A stretch of 64,000 bases of DNA from contig CALVOX010000007.1 of the NCBI GenBank assembly GCA_944350425.1, positions 5,617-69,616 of the forward strand, read 5' to 3'. The position numbers were made by a program, and so were the translations under genes. Within the stretch, counting starts at the first letter, position 1. Each line of letters starts with the position of its first letter. Below the pieces are notes generated by a model. The model was given only the letters and a program-made list of their open reading frames with translations. It did not search any database and was not told the DNA's origin. Of the stretch, positions 8,849 to 19,415 are shown piece by piece. The stretch is from an uncultured Bacilli bacterium (lineage in GTDB: Bacteria > Bacillota_I > Bacilli_A > RFN20 > CAG-826).

Positions 8849-11687
8849 CTATGTCCCAATTATTGTTGTTAACGATTTAAACATCAAAGGTGGAACTATT
8901 GACCAAGACGTTTATTTTGCAGTACAAGGTGAACATGATAAAGTAACTTTCACATTCACAGCAGAAAGTGAAGGAAATGTAATTACTTATTTTGAAATTA
9001 ATGGTGAAGAAGTAAGCATTGCTCCAGATGCAACAAGTTATACTGTTGAAGATATTGATACATCTTATCCAAATGGTATTCAAGTTACTGGATTAACATA
9101 TCAAAGTCTTGATGCTTATGCTACAACCGGTGTAAAGGATTTCTTCAAAACAATTTCTGATGCTGATAATCAAGTTAAAAACGGCACTGAACCAGAAGGC
9201 TTAGTAAAGAGTGCATATTACGATGTTACTTTAGAACAACTTGTTACTGAAAAAGTCGAAGAAGTTAAAAAGGCTTATACTGATTTAGGCAAAGATGCTA
9301 CTGTAACCGAAAAAGTTGAAGCTATTAAAACAGCAACAAAAAAAGCTGAAGCTGAAATCCAAGAAGCATATGATAATTTAGTTACAGCTGCTAAAAACAC
9401 TGCTAAAACTGCATTAAAAACTTTAGATGAATCTTTAGTAAATAGCAATTATACTGAAGCAGATAGAAAAACTGTTTTAGATACAGCAAATGCTGAAGTC
9501 GATGCTGCAACTTCTTTACAAGGATTAGCTGCAGTCGTTAATACTGCTACAGCAAATCTTAAAGGCGCTAAATATAACAAATTATTCGCTCTTAAAGCTC
9601 AAGCTTTTGCTGAAATTAAATCAGCCGTTGAAGCAACTGGCTCATTTGAAAAAGATGTCGAAGCTAATAAAGATATCTTAGCAGATTATGGTATTACTGC
9701 TGATTCAAAACCAAGCGTAATCGCTAAAACATATTATGCTCAAGCTTCTGCTGCTACAGAAATTACTACTGTTGTAGTTGAAGAAAACGGAGTAAAAACT
9801 ACTTTAACATCAATTGGTAAAGAAGCTAAAGAAGCAATCGAAGCTTCAGTTGATAGCGTTAAAGGAACATTACTTGCTAATATTAAAGCTGCTTATATCG
9901 CTGAAGTCGATAATTCTAAAGTTTTAGCTGATGCTCAAAATGCTGCTTCTACAATTAAAGGTGTCATTGAAGCAACAGTTTCTAACTTTGAAGTTCAAGC
10001 AGAAGCTGACCCAACTCACTACACAATTTCAACATTTGTTTCTACAACTGGTACAGATGGTCACACAGCATTAAATTATGATTATACAGATGGCTTAATC
10101 TATAGACTTGAAAAAGCTGTTACAGAAGCTGTCGTTGCTAATGGTGTTCAAGCTTTCAATAGCGAAAGAATCGAAAATGCAAAACAAGCTGCTATTGCTT
10201 CATTCCAAGAAAAAGTTGATGAAATTAAAGCTGCTGATGCCGGATACGTTGAAGCAGTTTCTTATACAAAAGATTCATCTGGTAAGATTACACCAAAGAA
10301 AACATCTTGGGTTCTTGCGACTGTAGAAGAAACAAATGTTACTTTAGATACTCCTTTCTTTACTTCTACTGGAGAAGGTGAAGGAAAAACTTGGTCACTT
10401 GTTGCTCCAGAAACAGGATTAGTTACAGAAGAAGGTGGTAAACGCTTAACAGACTATAATGTTGACACTTGGTTAACAACATTAAAAGGAGTTACTTTAT
10501 CTTCTCCATTAGTTGTTAAACGATTTGAATCAACTCATATTGGTGATTTTGAAAAGATTTATGATAAAGCAATCGAGGTATTAACAAAATCATTAAGAAC
10601 AAAACTTGCTCTTGGTGATATTGAAGGAGAATATATTTCTTCAGATGATGTCTTAACCTCTTTCAATAATAGTGTTAAAGATAAGACTTTAAACGAAATT
10701 ATTAAGGTTGGACAATCCACATATGCTTCAAAAGAATTATTAACTAAATTAAATGATGCTGTTGAAGATGATATTGCTGCAAGGGTTGAAAAAGATAGTG
10801 CTTATGAAGCCTTATTTGGTAGCGAAGAAACATCCGTTTATAGAGAAGAATTAGGCAATTTAGTTGATTCATTAGTTTCTGGACAAGCAGGAGAAAGTGA
10901 AGTTAACGCATTCATTGAAGAAGATAATTTAAATTCTTTATACGCTCAAGATGTTGCAACATATCTTGACGATGCAAAAGATGTCTTAACACAAGTTTAT
11001 CAAAACTTAATTAGTGGAAAAGATGTCTCCGTTGATGAATACAGAACATTAACAAAACTCTATAACGATTATAATTCTTGGATTGGTCAAAAGATTAAAC
11101 AAAATTCAGACGGCGAATGGGTCCTTGATGAAAAAGGTTCAGTAGTCTATCCATGTAACACTATAACAACAGTTGATAAATGGTTAGCAGATGCTAGATT
11201 ATCTTTATCAAATGTAACAAGCGATGAGGAAGAAACAAATGAAATTACAGCTTTAAAACTTTATAGTTTAAAGACAGGAAATGCTGGTATAGATGCTATT
11301 CTAGGCATTAAATTTGATGGTAATTTAAATATCACAGGAGATGCAGAAAACCCATCTGATTACACTTCTCAAATAAGTGGCTTAGAAAATTTAAGTGATT
11401 TATTAAGTTTAGAAAAACTTACTCTAACAGGAAAAGTTGGTCTAGCAAAAAGCGTTAACAACGAAAATACTGCAGATTATCTTTGCCAAGTTACTAAAGT
11501 TGAAGTAAAGAAAGGTGAAGAAGTATCCAAAGATTTCACTTTAGAATTTGATGGAGAAAATGCAACATTTTCAGTTGATATGACTTCACTTCAAAGAGGT
11601 GTAAAATACACTGTTTCAATTACTGTTGCTTCCCCAGTAATTAATGAACAAACTTTTGCCTTCACAGTCACATTACCATCTGAATAA
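8700..11687 (+). CDS. large surface lipoprotein, paralog B (995 aa)
   Basis: RBS AAGGAGA. Lipoprotein signal with VSSC lipobox, GXY tract, and blocks shared with C (LANIKAAYIAEVDNSKVLAD, YPCNTITTVDKWLADAR). Confidence 0.85.
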   Translation: MKKKNLLTLGALCLSLGLVVSSCNNTPEKGDPGEPGVDGQPGKDGVDGKTYVPIIVVNDLNIKGGTIDQDVYFAVQGEHDKVTFTFTAESEGNVITYFEINGEEVSIAPDATSYTVEDIDTSYPNGIQVTGLTYQSLDAYATTGVKDFFKTISDADNQVKNGTEPEGLVKSAYYDVTLEQLVTEKVEEVKKAYTDLGKDATVTEKVEAIKTATKKAEAEIQEAYDNLVTAAKNTAKTALKTLDESLVNSNYTEADRKTVLDTANAEVDAATSLQGLAAVVNTATANLKGAKYNKLFALKAQAFAEIKSAVEATGSFEKDVEANKDILADYGITADSKPSVIAKTYYAQASAATEITTVVVEENGVKTTLTSIGKEAKEAIEASVDSVKGTLLANIKAAYIAEVDNSKVLADAQNAASTIKGVIEATVSNFEVQAEADPTHYTISTFVSTTGTDGHTALNYDYTDGLIYRLEKAVTEAVVANGVQAFNSERIENAKQAAIASFQEKVDEIKAADAGYVEAVSYTKDSSGKITPKKTSWVLATVEETNVTLDTPFFTSTGEGEGKTWSLVAPETGLVTEEGGKRLTDYNVDTWLTTLKGVTLSSPLVVKRFESTHIGDFEKIYDKAIEVLTKSLRTKLALGDIEGEYISSDDVLTSFNNSVKDKTLNEIIKVGQSTYASKELLTKLNDAVEDDIAARVEKDSAYEALFGSEETSVYREELGNLVDSLVSGQAGESEVNAFIEEDNLNSLYAQDVATYLDDAKDVLTQVYQNLISGKDVSVDEYRTLTKLYNDYNSWIGQKIKQNSDGEWVLDEKGSVVYPCNTITTVDKWLADARLSLSNVTSDEEETNEITALKLYSLKTGNAGIDAILGIKFDGNLNITGDAENPSDYTSQISGLENLSDLLSLEKLTLTGKVGLAKSVNNENTADYLCQVTKVEVKKGEEVSKDFTLEFDGENATFSVDMTSLQRGVKYTVSITVASPVINEQTFAFTVTLPSE

Positions 11688-11728
11688 AATAATTGTTATC
11701 TTAAATTATTTAAAAGATATTTATAAAA

Positions 11729-11762
11729 AAACAGAAAACCTATAAAAGTTTTCTGTTTTTTA
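11729..11762. terminator. bidirectional terminator (AAACAGAAAAC-loop-GTTTTCTGTTT) between convergent B and C
   Basis: 11-bp stem, A-run upstream and T-run downstream. Confidence 0.6.
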
Positions 11763-11814
11763 TTATCTTTAATTAATTAAAGATATTATAAAATAAATCT
11801 AATTAAATTTAAGA

Positions 11815-14800
11815 TTATTCACCGGTTGTAACTAATTCGGAGAAATCTAATTGAATAGTTTTTACAACATTTGTTCCAGCTGCATCATAGATTTCAATTG
11901 TTAAGAAATCTTTATCATTATAATCAGCTTTAGATCCTTCAGCACCACTAACAGCAACTAAAGTTAAGAATGAACTTGAAGTTTGATTCTTTACTTCTGA
12001 AATTCCTGTTTTGTAGTCTGCAGCAGTTGCAGATCTATAAGTTACTACTTTATATCCAGGTGTTTTTTCCCATCTGAATAAGAAGACTTGTGTGTTTTCT
12101 TTATAAGCTTCACCCCAAGAAGTACCAGCTAAATCTTTACCTGCACTAACTGTTTTGCCTTCAACTTTAATATTTACAAGTGCATCTGTTGCTGATGTAA
12201 CTTCGAACTTTAATGATGGGTCATTTTTAAGAGTGATATCAACACCACCAATTGTTAATGTTCCTTCTTCAACGCTTTCAACAACGACATCTGGTGTAAC
12301 TTCATATGTAGGTGTAGTTCCAGATTTGCTTAATGAAGTTCTAGCATCATTTAACCATTTGTTAACTGCATGTAAAGTATCACATGGATAAACGACTTTA
12401 CCATTTTCTTCATCTAATACCCAAGCGTCACTTTCGTTTTTAACAATCTTTGCACCGATGAATGAAATATAGTCATTATAAACTTTTTGATAATTTCTAT
12501 ATTGTTCAACTGAAACTAAATCCTCACTAATTTTGTTTTGATAAATTTGTGCTAAAACATCTTTAGCATCAGTTAAGTAATCGTTAACATCGCTTGCATA
12601 TAAAGAATCTAAGTTAGCTTTAGTAACAAATGATGTAACATCACTTTCACCAGCTGCACCTGTTAATAATTTAGTAATCATATCATTTACAGCAGCTCTA
12701 TATGAAGAGTTAGAAGTTGGTTGTACTGGATCTCCGCCATCGAAGAATACCTTATAACCATTATCTTTAACGTCTCTTGCTTTAACATCGCTTGCAATTG
12801 CCTTATCAAGAGTAACTAATGAATCTGATGAGGATGTAGTTGATTGAGCGACTTCTAATATTTCATCAAAAGTTTTATTCTTAACAGCTTCATCAAACTT
12901 GCTGCTTACTTGTTCTGTGCTAACATATGTGCCCTTAGTTTTAGGTAATGATTCTGCTTTTAATTCAGAAACATAGAGTGCTTTAGCAGCATCATAGATT
13001 TTTTTGAAATCACCAGTATGAGCTGTTTCCCATTTCTTAACTTCTAATACAGGGTAAGTACCAGCAATTGTTGCTTCCTTTAATTCGCCTAACCAATCTT
13101 CTACGCTATATCCACTTAATACAGCGCCTGTACCTGTTGATGTAGAAGAAGCTTCAGTAATTTGAAGACCACTTACTTCTGGTAAACTATATGTCTTTTC
13201 TGTATCACCAGTAACAGCAAATAATGGGTTATCAATTTTTACTGCAGGGTTAGCTGTACTGTCTAATACATATTCTTTAACAGTTGGAGTAACAACACCA
13301 TCTGCTTCTTTATATGAGACTGCTTTAACGTAACCTGCATCTGCTTTAATTTCATTGACTTTTGCTTCAAATGCTTCAATAGCATCTTGTTTAGCGTTTT
13401 CTAATCTTTCATTACTGAAAGCAACGTTACCGGATTGAGTAATAACTTTGGCTAAAGCTACTTCTAAGTCATAAATTAATTGACCTGATTCTGTAGTACC
13501 GACATAATCAGATAAATTCTTTGTATCCTTATCTAATACGATGTAGTTTGAACAAACAGTTTCGATAACACCTTTAATAGTTGATGCAGCATTTGGTTGA
13601 TCTGCTAAAACTTTGGAATTATCAACTTCTGCGAGATAAGCAGCTTTGATATTAGCAAGTAATGTTTCTTTAACACCCTTTGTTGCTGCGTCAATAGCGG
13701 CTTTACATTCATTAACTAAAACGATTTCGCCATCTTCGTTAACTTCAATTGTAGTTGCTTCAGAAATTTGATCTGTATATGTTTTTGCAATAGCTGCTGG
13801 ATCTTGATCTAAAGAAACACCCCATTCTTCTAATGCAGCTTTTGTTCCTTCATCAGCAAATTCTTCAACATATCCTTTAATTGCAGGAGTATCGAGGTAA
13901 GCAGCGATTTGGTTTAAAGCTTGATTCTTTAAGTTATAAAGTTTGTTGTATTGAGCATCAGCAGTTAAAGCAGAACCATTAATAATTTTACTTAAACCTT
14001 CTAATGTTGTAGCTGCATCAATAGCTGCTTTTCCTTCAGCTAAGATTGCTTCTCTATCTTCGTCTAAGAATGTTTCTTGAGTAAGTGCAGCATCTAATGC
14101 TTCTAAGTGTCCTTCAGCTAAAACTTTTTTATCAGCTAAGACTTCGGCATAAGCTTCATCAAGAGCTTTGATAGCTTCGTTAGCAGCAGTTTCACCTGCA
14201 GTTAATCTTTCTTGAATAGTAGCATCTTCTTCTAATTCTGATAAAGCAGTTCCAATATCTAATTTACCTTGTTTGTAAACACCTTCTAATGTTTTATCAG
14301 CGTATGCTGATTGTTTATCTGCAGCAGGTGTTTCAGCTGTTTCACCAACATTTGTAACGATTTGGCTATCGTTAGCGACCATTGATTTCCAGTGTTCTTC
14401 TAAAAGTTTTGTTGAAACAGATAATGCATCACCGAAGACTGCACCAGTAACTTGAATTGAACCTTGATATACATCTGCATCAGTTAAAGTATAAGAGGTT
14501 GAACCTGGAACTAAATCTGTAACTACTTTGTTATTAATTTCTAAAGAAACGATGAATTCATCAGCGTTTTCAGCTGTGAAAGTAAATGTAACGCTATCGT
14601 GTTGGCCTTCTGTTACAAAGAAAACACTTTGTTCGACATCACCACCAACGAGGTTATCATCGTGAATAACAATAACATCTTTATAAGTTTTACCATCGAC
14701 ACCATCTTTACCTGGTTGACCATCTACACCTGGTTCACCTGGATCGCCTTTTTCAGGAGTGTTGTTACATGAAGAAACAACTAAACCTAAGGATAAGCAT

Positions 14801-14835
14801 AAAGCTCCTAAAGTTAATAAATTTTTCTTTTTCAT
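11815..14835 (-). CDS. large surface lipoprotein, paralog C (1006 aa)
   Basis: First 51 aa and the 5'UTR are identical to B. The rest is a mosaic homolog of both B and A. Confidence 0.85.
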   Translation of the reverse strand: MKKKNLLTLGALCLSLGLVVSSCNNTPEKGDPGEPGVDGQPGKDGVDGKTYKDVIVIHDDNLVGGDVEQSVFFVTEGQHDSVTFTFTAENADEFIVSLEINNKVVTDLVPGSTSYTLTDADVYQGSIQVTGAVFGDALSVSTKLLEEHWKSMVANDSQIVTNVGETAETPAADKQSAYADKTLEGVYKQGKLDIGTALSELEEDATIQERLTAGETAANEAIKALDEAYAEVLADKKVLAEGHLEALDAALTQETFLDEDREAILAEGKAAIDAATTLEGLSKIINGSALTADAQYNKLYNLKNQALNQIAAYLDTPAIKGYVEEFADEGTKAALEEWGVSLDQDPAAIAKTYTDQISEATTIEVNEDGEIVLVNECKAAIDAATKGVKETLLANIKAAYLAEVDNSKVLADQPNAASTIKGVIETVCSNYIVLDKDTKNLSDYVGTTESGQLIYDLEVALAKVITQSGNVAFSNERLENAKQDAIEAFEAKVNEIKADAGYVKAVSYKEADGVVTPTVKEYVLDSTANPAVKIDNPLFAVTGDTEKTYSLPEVSGLQITEASSTSTGTGAVLSGYSVEDWLGELKEATIAGTYPVLEVKKWETAHTGDFKKIYDAAKALYVSELKAESLPKTKGTYVSTEQVSSKFDEAVKNKTFDEILEVAQSTTSSSDSLVTLDKAIASDVKARDVKDNGYKVFFDGGDPVQPTSNSSYRAAVNDMITKLLTGAAGESDVTSFVTKANLDSLYASDVNDYLTDAKDVLAQIYQNKISEDLVSVEQYRNYQKVYNDYISFIGAKIVKNESDAWVLDEENGKVVYPCDTLHAVNKWLNDARTSLSKSGTTPTYEVTPDVVVESVEEGTLTIGGVDITLKNDPSLKFEVTSATDALVNIKVEGKTVSAGKDLAGTSWGEAYKENTQVFLFRWEKTPGYKVVTYRSATAADYKTGISEVKNQTSSSFLTLVAVSGAEGSKADYNDKDFLTIEIYDAAGTNVVKTIQLDFSELVTTGE

Positions 14836-14905
14836 AAATTAATTTAATCTCCTTAATGTAAAAAGAAAGTTTCTATTAAATAAGTGTTAGAAGAAAAAGA
14901 AAAAT
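14687..14905 (-). repeat. 5' cassette of paralog C; inverted repeat partner of 8655-8848 and direct repeat partner of 7630-7779
   Basis: Direct sequence comparison. Confidence 0.8.
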
Positions 14906-14966
14906 ATCTTCCTACTAAGATTTTTTAGTAGGAAGATTGTGTAATAAGAACGTTTCTTATTACACA
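14906..14966 (-). terminator. two tandem perfect hairpins (12-bp stem ATCTTCCTACTA/TAGTAGGAAGAT and 13-bp stem TGTGTAATAAGAA/TTCTTATTACACA) between the recombinase 3' end and the lipoprotein C 5'UTR
   Basis: Stems read directly. On the minus strand they are followed by a T-rich run (ATTTTTCTTTTTC). Confidence 0.5.
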
Positions 14967-15085
14967 TATTAACTTTTTATTAGAACCATAAAAAATAATA
15001 AATTAATAAGAGTAGTAGTTAATATCATAAGTACTATTAATCCTATGATATTTGTCAATCTAAAATTATTTTAAAAATATTTATC

Positions 15086-16288
15086 TTAATCATTAGGAGT
15101 AATCTTTTTTAAAATCTTAGTAGCTTCTTCTAAAGCTTTATTGTCATCAATATAGTTATTTTCATTAATAAAATCACTTGCTTGACCAAGAAGTGTTTTT
15201 CTCGATTTAGAAGAAGCACCAGCATTATATAATTCAGTATTAATTGATTTTCTAGAGAATCCATGAATAGTGTTATAAGGAATAGAAGCTTTTAAACAAT
15301 ATCTTTTAAGTTTTTTTCTTATTCCACTATTGGTGTAATTAAATAAGATTGCTTCTTGATTATCAATTAAGTTATTTACTTCTAAATATTCTTTAAGTAA
15401 CTTAACATTGTTATTTGTATATATAATCGTTTTATAAGAAGAAGAGGTTTTAAGTCTAGAAGTTAGTCTTCCGTTAATTTGAAGTTTCTGTCTAGAAATA
15501 TTAATTAAAGCAATATTCTTTCTATTATCAAAAGAAATATCTTTAACTTTAATACCTAAGAATTCTCCAATTCTTAAAGAAGAAAAATAAAGTAATGTGA
15601 ACATTACTTTATCATTAAAGTTGTCAATAACTTTAATTAATTTCATTAATTCTTCTTTAGAAGTATATTTATTTCTTGATACTTTCTTTATTTCAACTTT
15701 CGATTTAAATTTAACTAAGATAAGTAATAAATCATCTTTATCTTCACTATTAATTAAACGTAACTTTCTCGAATATTCAATTAACTTTATTAATATTGAT
15801 AATATTTGGTTCTTTAAATGAGTAGAAACATTTAAAGAACCAAGATAGTTTCTAAATAAAGTTAATTCTTCTATTGAATATAATCTATTTATATCATTAT
15901 TAAAGTAATTATAGATATGATGATAAAACAATCGATCTAGATTATAGATATAAGATGTTGATAATTCATCTTTTCTAGAACTGATATAAAAAGAATATAG
16001 TTTCTCTAATGTAAATAAAGAGATATCTAATCTTTTAATATTCTTATTATTCTTATTAGAAGAATTAAGAGATAATAACGAAGATGAAAGTAGTTTATCA
16101 AGATCATTAATTCGTTTTACTAATACTTTAGTTAAAGTTTCTTCTAAGTTAGAAACATAAGTTTTATCTTCAAAACTTAAGTTATCATTATCACTAATAA
16201 ATAAATGATAGTAGTTACCATTATTATCGAGTTTTATTCTCTTATCGATATAATAATGATTTGTTTTTTTATTTAAAATAACACTCAT
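15086..16288 (-). CDS. tyrosine site-specific recombinase (phage-integrase family)
   Basis: Box I-like SLRIGEFLGIKVKDI (Arg), box II-like HGFSRKS…LLGQAS, and a C-terminal Tyr in NNYIDDNKA. RBS AGGAGG. 400 aa. Confidence 0.8.
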   Translation of the reverse strand: MSVILNKKTNHYYIDKRIKLDNNGNYYHLFISDNDNLSFEDKTYVSNLEETLTKVLVKRINDLDKLLSSSLLSLNSSNKNNKNIKRLDISLFTLEKLYSFYISSRKDELSTSYIYNLDRLFYHHIYNYFNNDINRLYSIEELTLFRNYLGSLNVSTHLKNQILSILIKLIEYSRKLRLINSEDKDDLLLILVKFKSKVEIKKVSRNKYTSKEELMKLIKVIDNFNDKVMFTLLYFSSLRIGEFLGIKVKDISFDNRKNIALINISRQKLQINGRLTSRLKTSSSYKTIIYTNNNVKLLKEYLEVNNLIDNQEAILFNYTNSGIRKKLKRYCLKASIPYNTIHGFSRKSINTELYNAGASSKSRKTLLGQASDFINENNYIDDNKALEEATKILKKITPND

Positions 16289-16446
16289 TTGAATTCCTCC
16301 TATTAATAAAAGCGTTAATTTCTTAGTTTAAGCTCTGATTAAACTTTTACTAATATTAAGGATAATTGTTGCTATTAATAAAATAAGATTACTCAAACGA
16401 GTAACCTTATAGTTTTTTATTTATCTAGTATTAATAAAATCTATAT

Positions 16447-17007
16447 TTATTTATCGTAATAATAGATGGAATTTTTAACTTCTTCAGCATAAGTTTTACC
16501 TTTAAGATATTCAACAATCTTAAAAGCAAAATCAATGGTTGCACTAGCACTAATTCCTGAGATGATATTATCATCTTGAACGACATAAGTATCAATATAT
16601 GTACCACCAAAATCTTCATTCATCGATTTAAAACAAGTATATTTTTTATTTTTTAATAATCCTAAATGACCTAAGATTGTTGGACCTGCACAAATAGCAG
16701 CAATTAACTTATGTTTAGAATAAAAATCTAAAATAATATCTTTAAATTCTTTACTAGCTTCGAGTTCTTTATATTCAGGACCTCCTGCAATAAATAAAGT
16801 ATTGTAGTTATCTAAAGAGAAGTTATGATCTTCATTTATAACTTTATAGTCATTAAGTTTTAAACCATATCTACCTTCAATATTACTTCTTTTTAAAGAA
16901 TAAATATCGACATCAATATTACTTCTTCTTAAAATTGCAAAAGTTCCAAATGCTTCTATTTCTTCAAAACCATCTGTTAAAATTAAAAGTACTTTATTGC
17001 TATTCAT
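16447..17007 (-). CDS. DJ-1/PfpI/ThiJ family protein
   Basis: LLILTDGFEEIE…FIAGGPEY…AAICAGPTILGHLGLL. 186 aa. Confidence 0.75.
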   Translation of the reverse strand: MNSNKVLLILTDGFEEIEAFGTFAILRRSNIDVDIYSLKRSNIEGRYGLKLNDYKVINEDHNFSLDNYNTLFIAGGPEYKELEASKEFKDIILDFYSKHKLIAAICAGPTILGHLGLLKNKKYTCFKSMNEDFGGTYIDTYVVQDDNIISGISASATIDFAFKIVEYLKGKTYAEEVKNSIYYYDK

Positions 17008-17589
17008 TTTAATATCTCCTAGCTTTTTTTTAATTATATCTTAAATAATAAAAGGGAGATATTAAAATGAATAAATATATTTATAATATTACTGTGTATT
17101 TAAGAATAATTATTGTCAATTAAAAATGTTTTGTCCAATTATAATGGGGTGTATAATTACAAAATTACTATTCTGTGTTAATAAACTATGTTTATTAACA
17201 CTAGAAGAATTTGCTACTTAAATTCACTTTTTGTAACCAAAGAGCTTCAATATAATAATTGTCGAAATATTTTTAAATTTATATTGAAAAAATTTAATTT
17301 TCAGTTTATATTAATTTCACATTTTGAAGTTAACTATTCTTCAAAATAATTGTATTAGTTTATTAGCTAATATCTTCACTTATTGAAGTTTTAAATTAGT
17401 TATTATATAGAAATAAATAATTAAATTGTTTGGAATTAGTAATAAATATTTTTCTAAAGTAAAGTGCACTTATTTCAAAATTAATATTTATTGTATTTTC
17501 CTATAGATTTAGGTTATTTGCTATCAATATCTTAATAAAAAGTATTGAATTTTATATTCATTTTAGAGATAATTACAAGGCTTTTGCTA

Positions 17590-17640
17590 GAGTGTCTTAC
17601 CCAATGACTAACCACTCTTAAAAGAAAACAGGGGGATATA
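17590..17640 (+). promoter_or_regulatory. stem-loop plus A-rich tail immediately 5' of queT; candidate preQ1-type riboswitch or leader, not confirmed
   Basis: AGAGTG-18 nt loop-CACTCT, then TAAAAGAAAACAGGGGG, ending 6 nt before the ATG. The loop is longer than in the canonical preQ1-I aptamer. Confidence 0.2.
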
Positions 17641-17645
17641 TTTCA

Positions 17646-18209
17646 ATGAAAAACTTTTTTAAAGATTTTTTTAGTGTAAAGATGATTGCTTTAAATGCAA
17701 TTATCGCCGCAATTTATGCAGTGCTTACAATTGCATCAGGACCACTTTCCTACAATTATTTCCAATTTAGAGTAAGTGAATTTTTAAATCTTTTAGTATT
17801 TTTTAATCCTAGTTATACTTTAGGTTTAACAGTTGGATGTTTAATTGCTAATTTGGCTTCATTTGCCGGAATATATGATATTATCTTCGGAACACTTGCA
17901 ACACTTGTATCTTGCTTACTTATGATACCTTTTGCAAAACTTACCAAAAACTTATTCTTTGCAACATTTATTCCAAGTTTGATTAATGCAATTACTGTTC
18001 CTTTTATTATATATTTAGCTTCTTTAGGAACTGGTGATGAATTTGCTTTAAGTTCAATAATGTATTTTACGATGTTTGGTTGGACTTTCTTAGGGGAGTT
18101 CATTGCAATAACGATTTTAGGCTATGTAATTTTTATGCCTTTAATGAAAAAAGTTCACTCTTTTCCAAAGCTTATTAATGCGAGAACTAACCTAGATTTT
18201 AAGTGGTAG
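17646..18209 (+). CDS. queT: queuosine-precursor transporter QueT (ECF-type S component)
   Basis: 187-aa polytopic membrane protein directly upstream of tgt-queA-queH. RBS GGGGGA. Confidence 0.6.
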   Translation: MKNFFKDFFSVKMIALNAIIAAIYAVLTIASGPLSYNYFQFRVSEFLNLLVFFNPSYTLGLTVGCLIANLASFAGIYDIIFGTLATLVSCLLMIPFAKLTKNLFFATFIPSLINAITVPFIIYLASLGTGDEFALSSIMYFTMFGWTFLGEFIAITILGYVIFMPLMKKVHSFPKLINARTNLDFKW

Positions 18210-18243
18210 AAAAGATATAATTTTTAAACTTATATAAGGATGA

Positions 18244-19413
<1,170 letters not shown>

Positions 19414-19415
19414 TT

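Noticed and set aside
15086-16288. Tyrosine recombinase as the integrase of a prophage or integrative and conjugative element (ICE)
   Set aside because: No adjacent phage or conjugation genes. No tRNA gene nearby as an att site. The flanks are chromosomal housekeeping genes. Its position beside inverted lipoprotein cassettes favours an invertase role.
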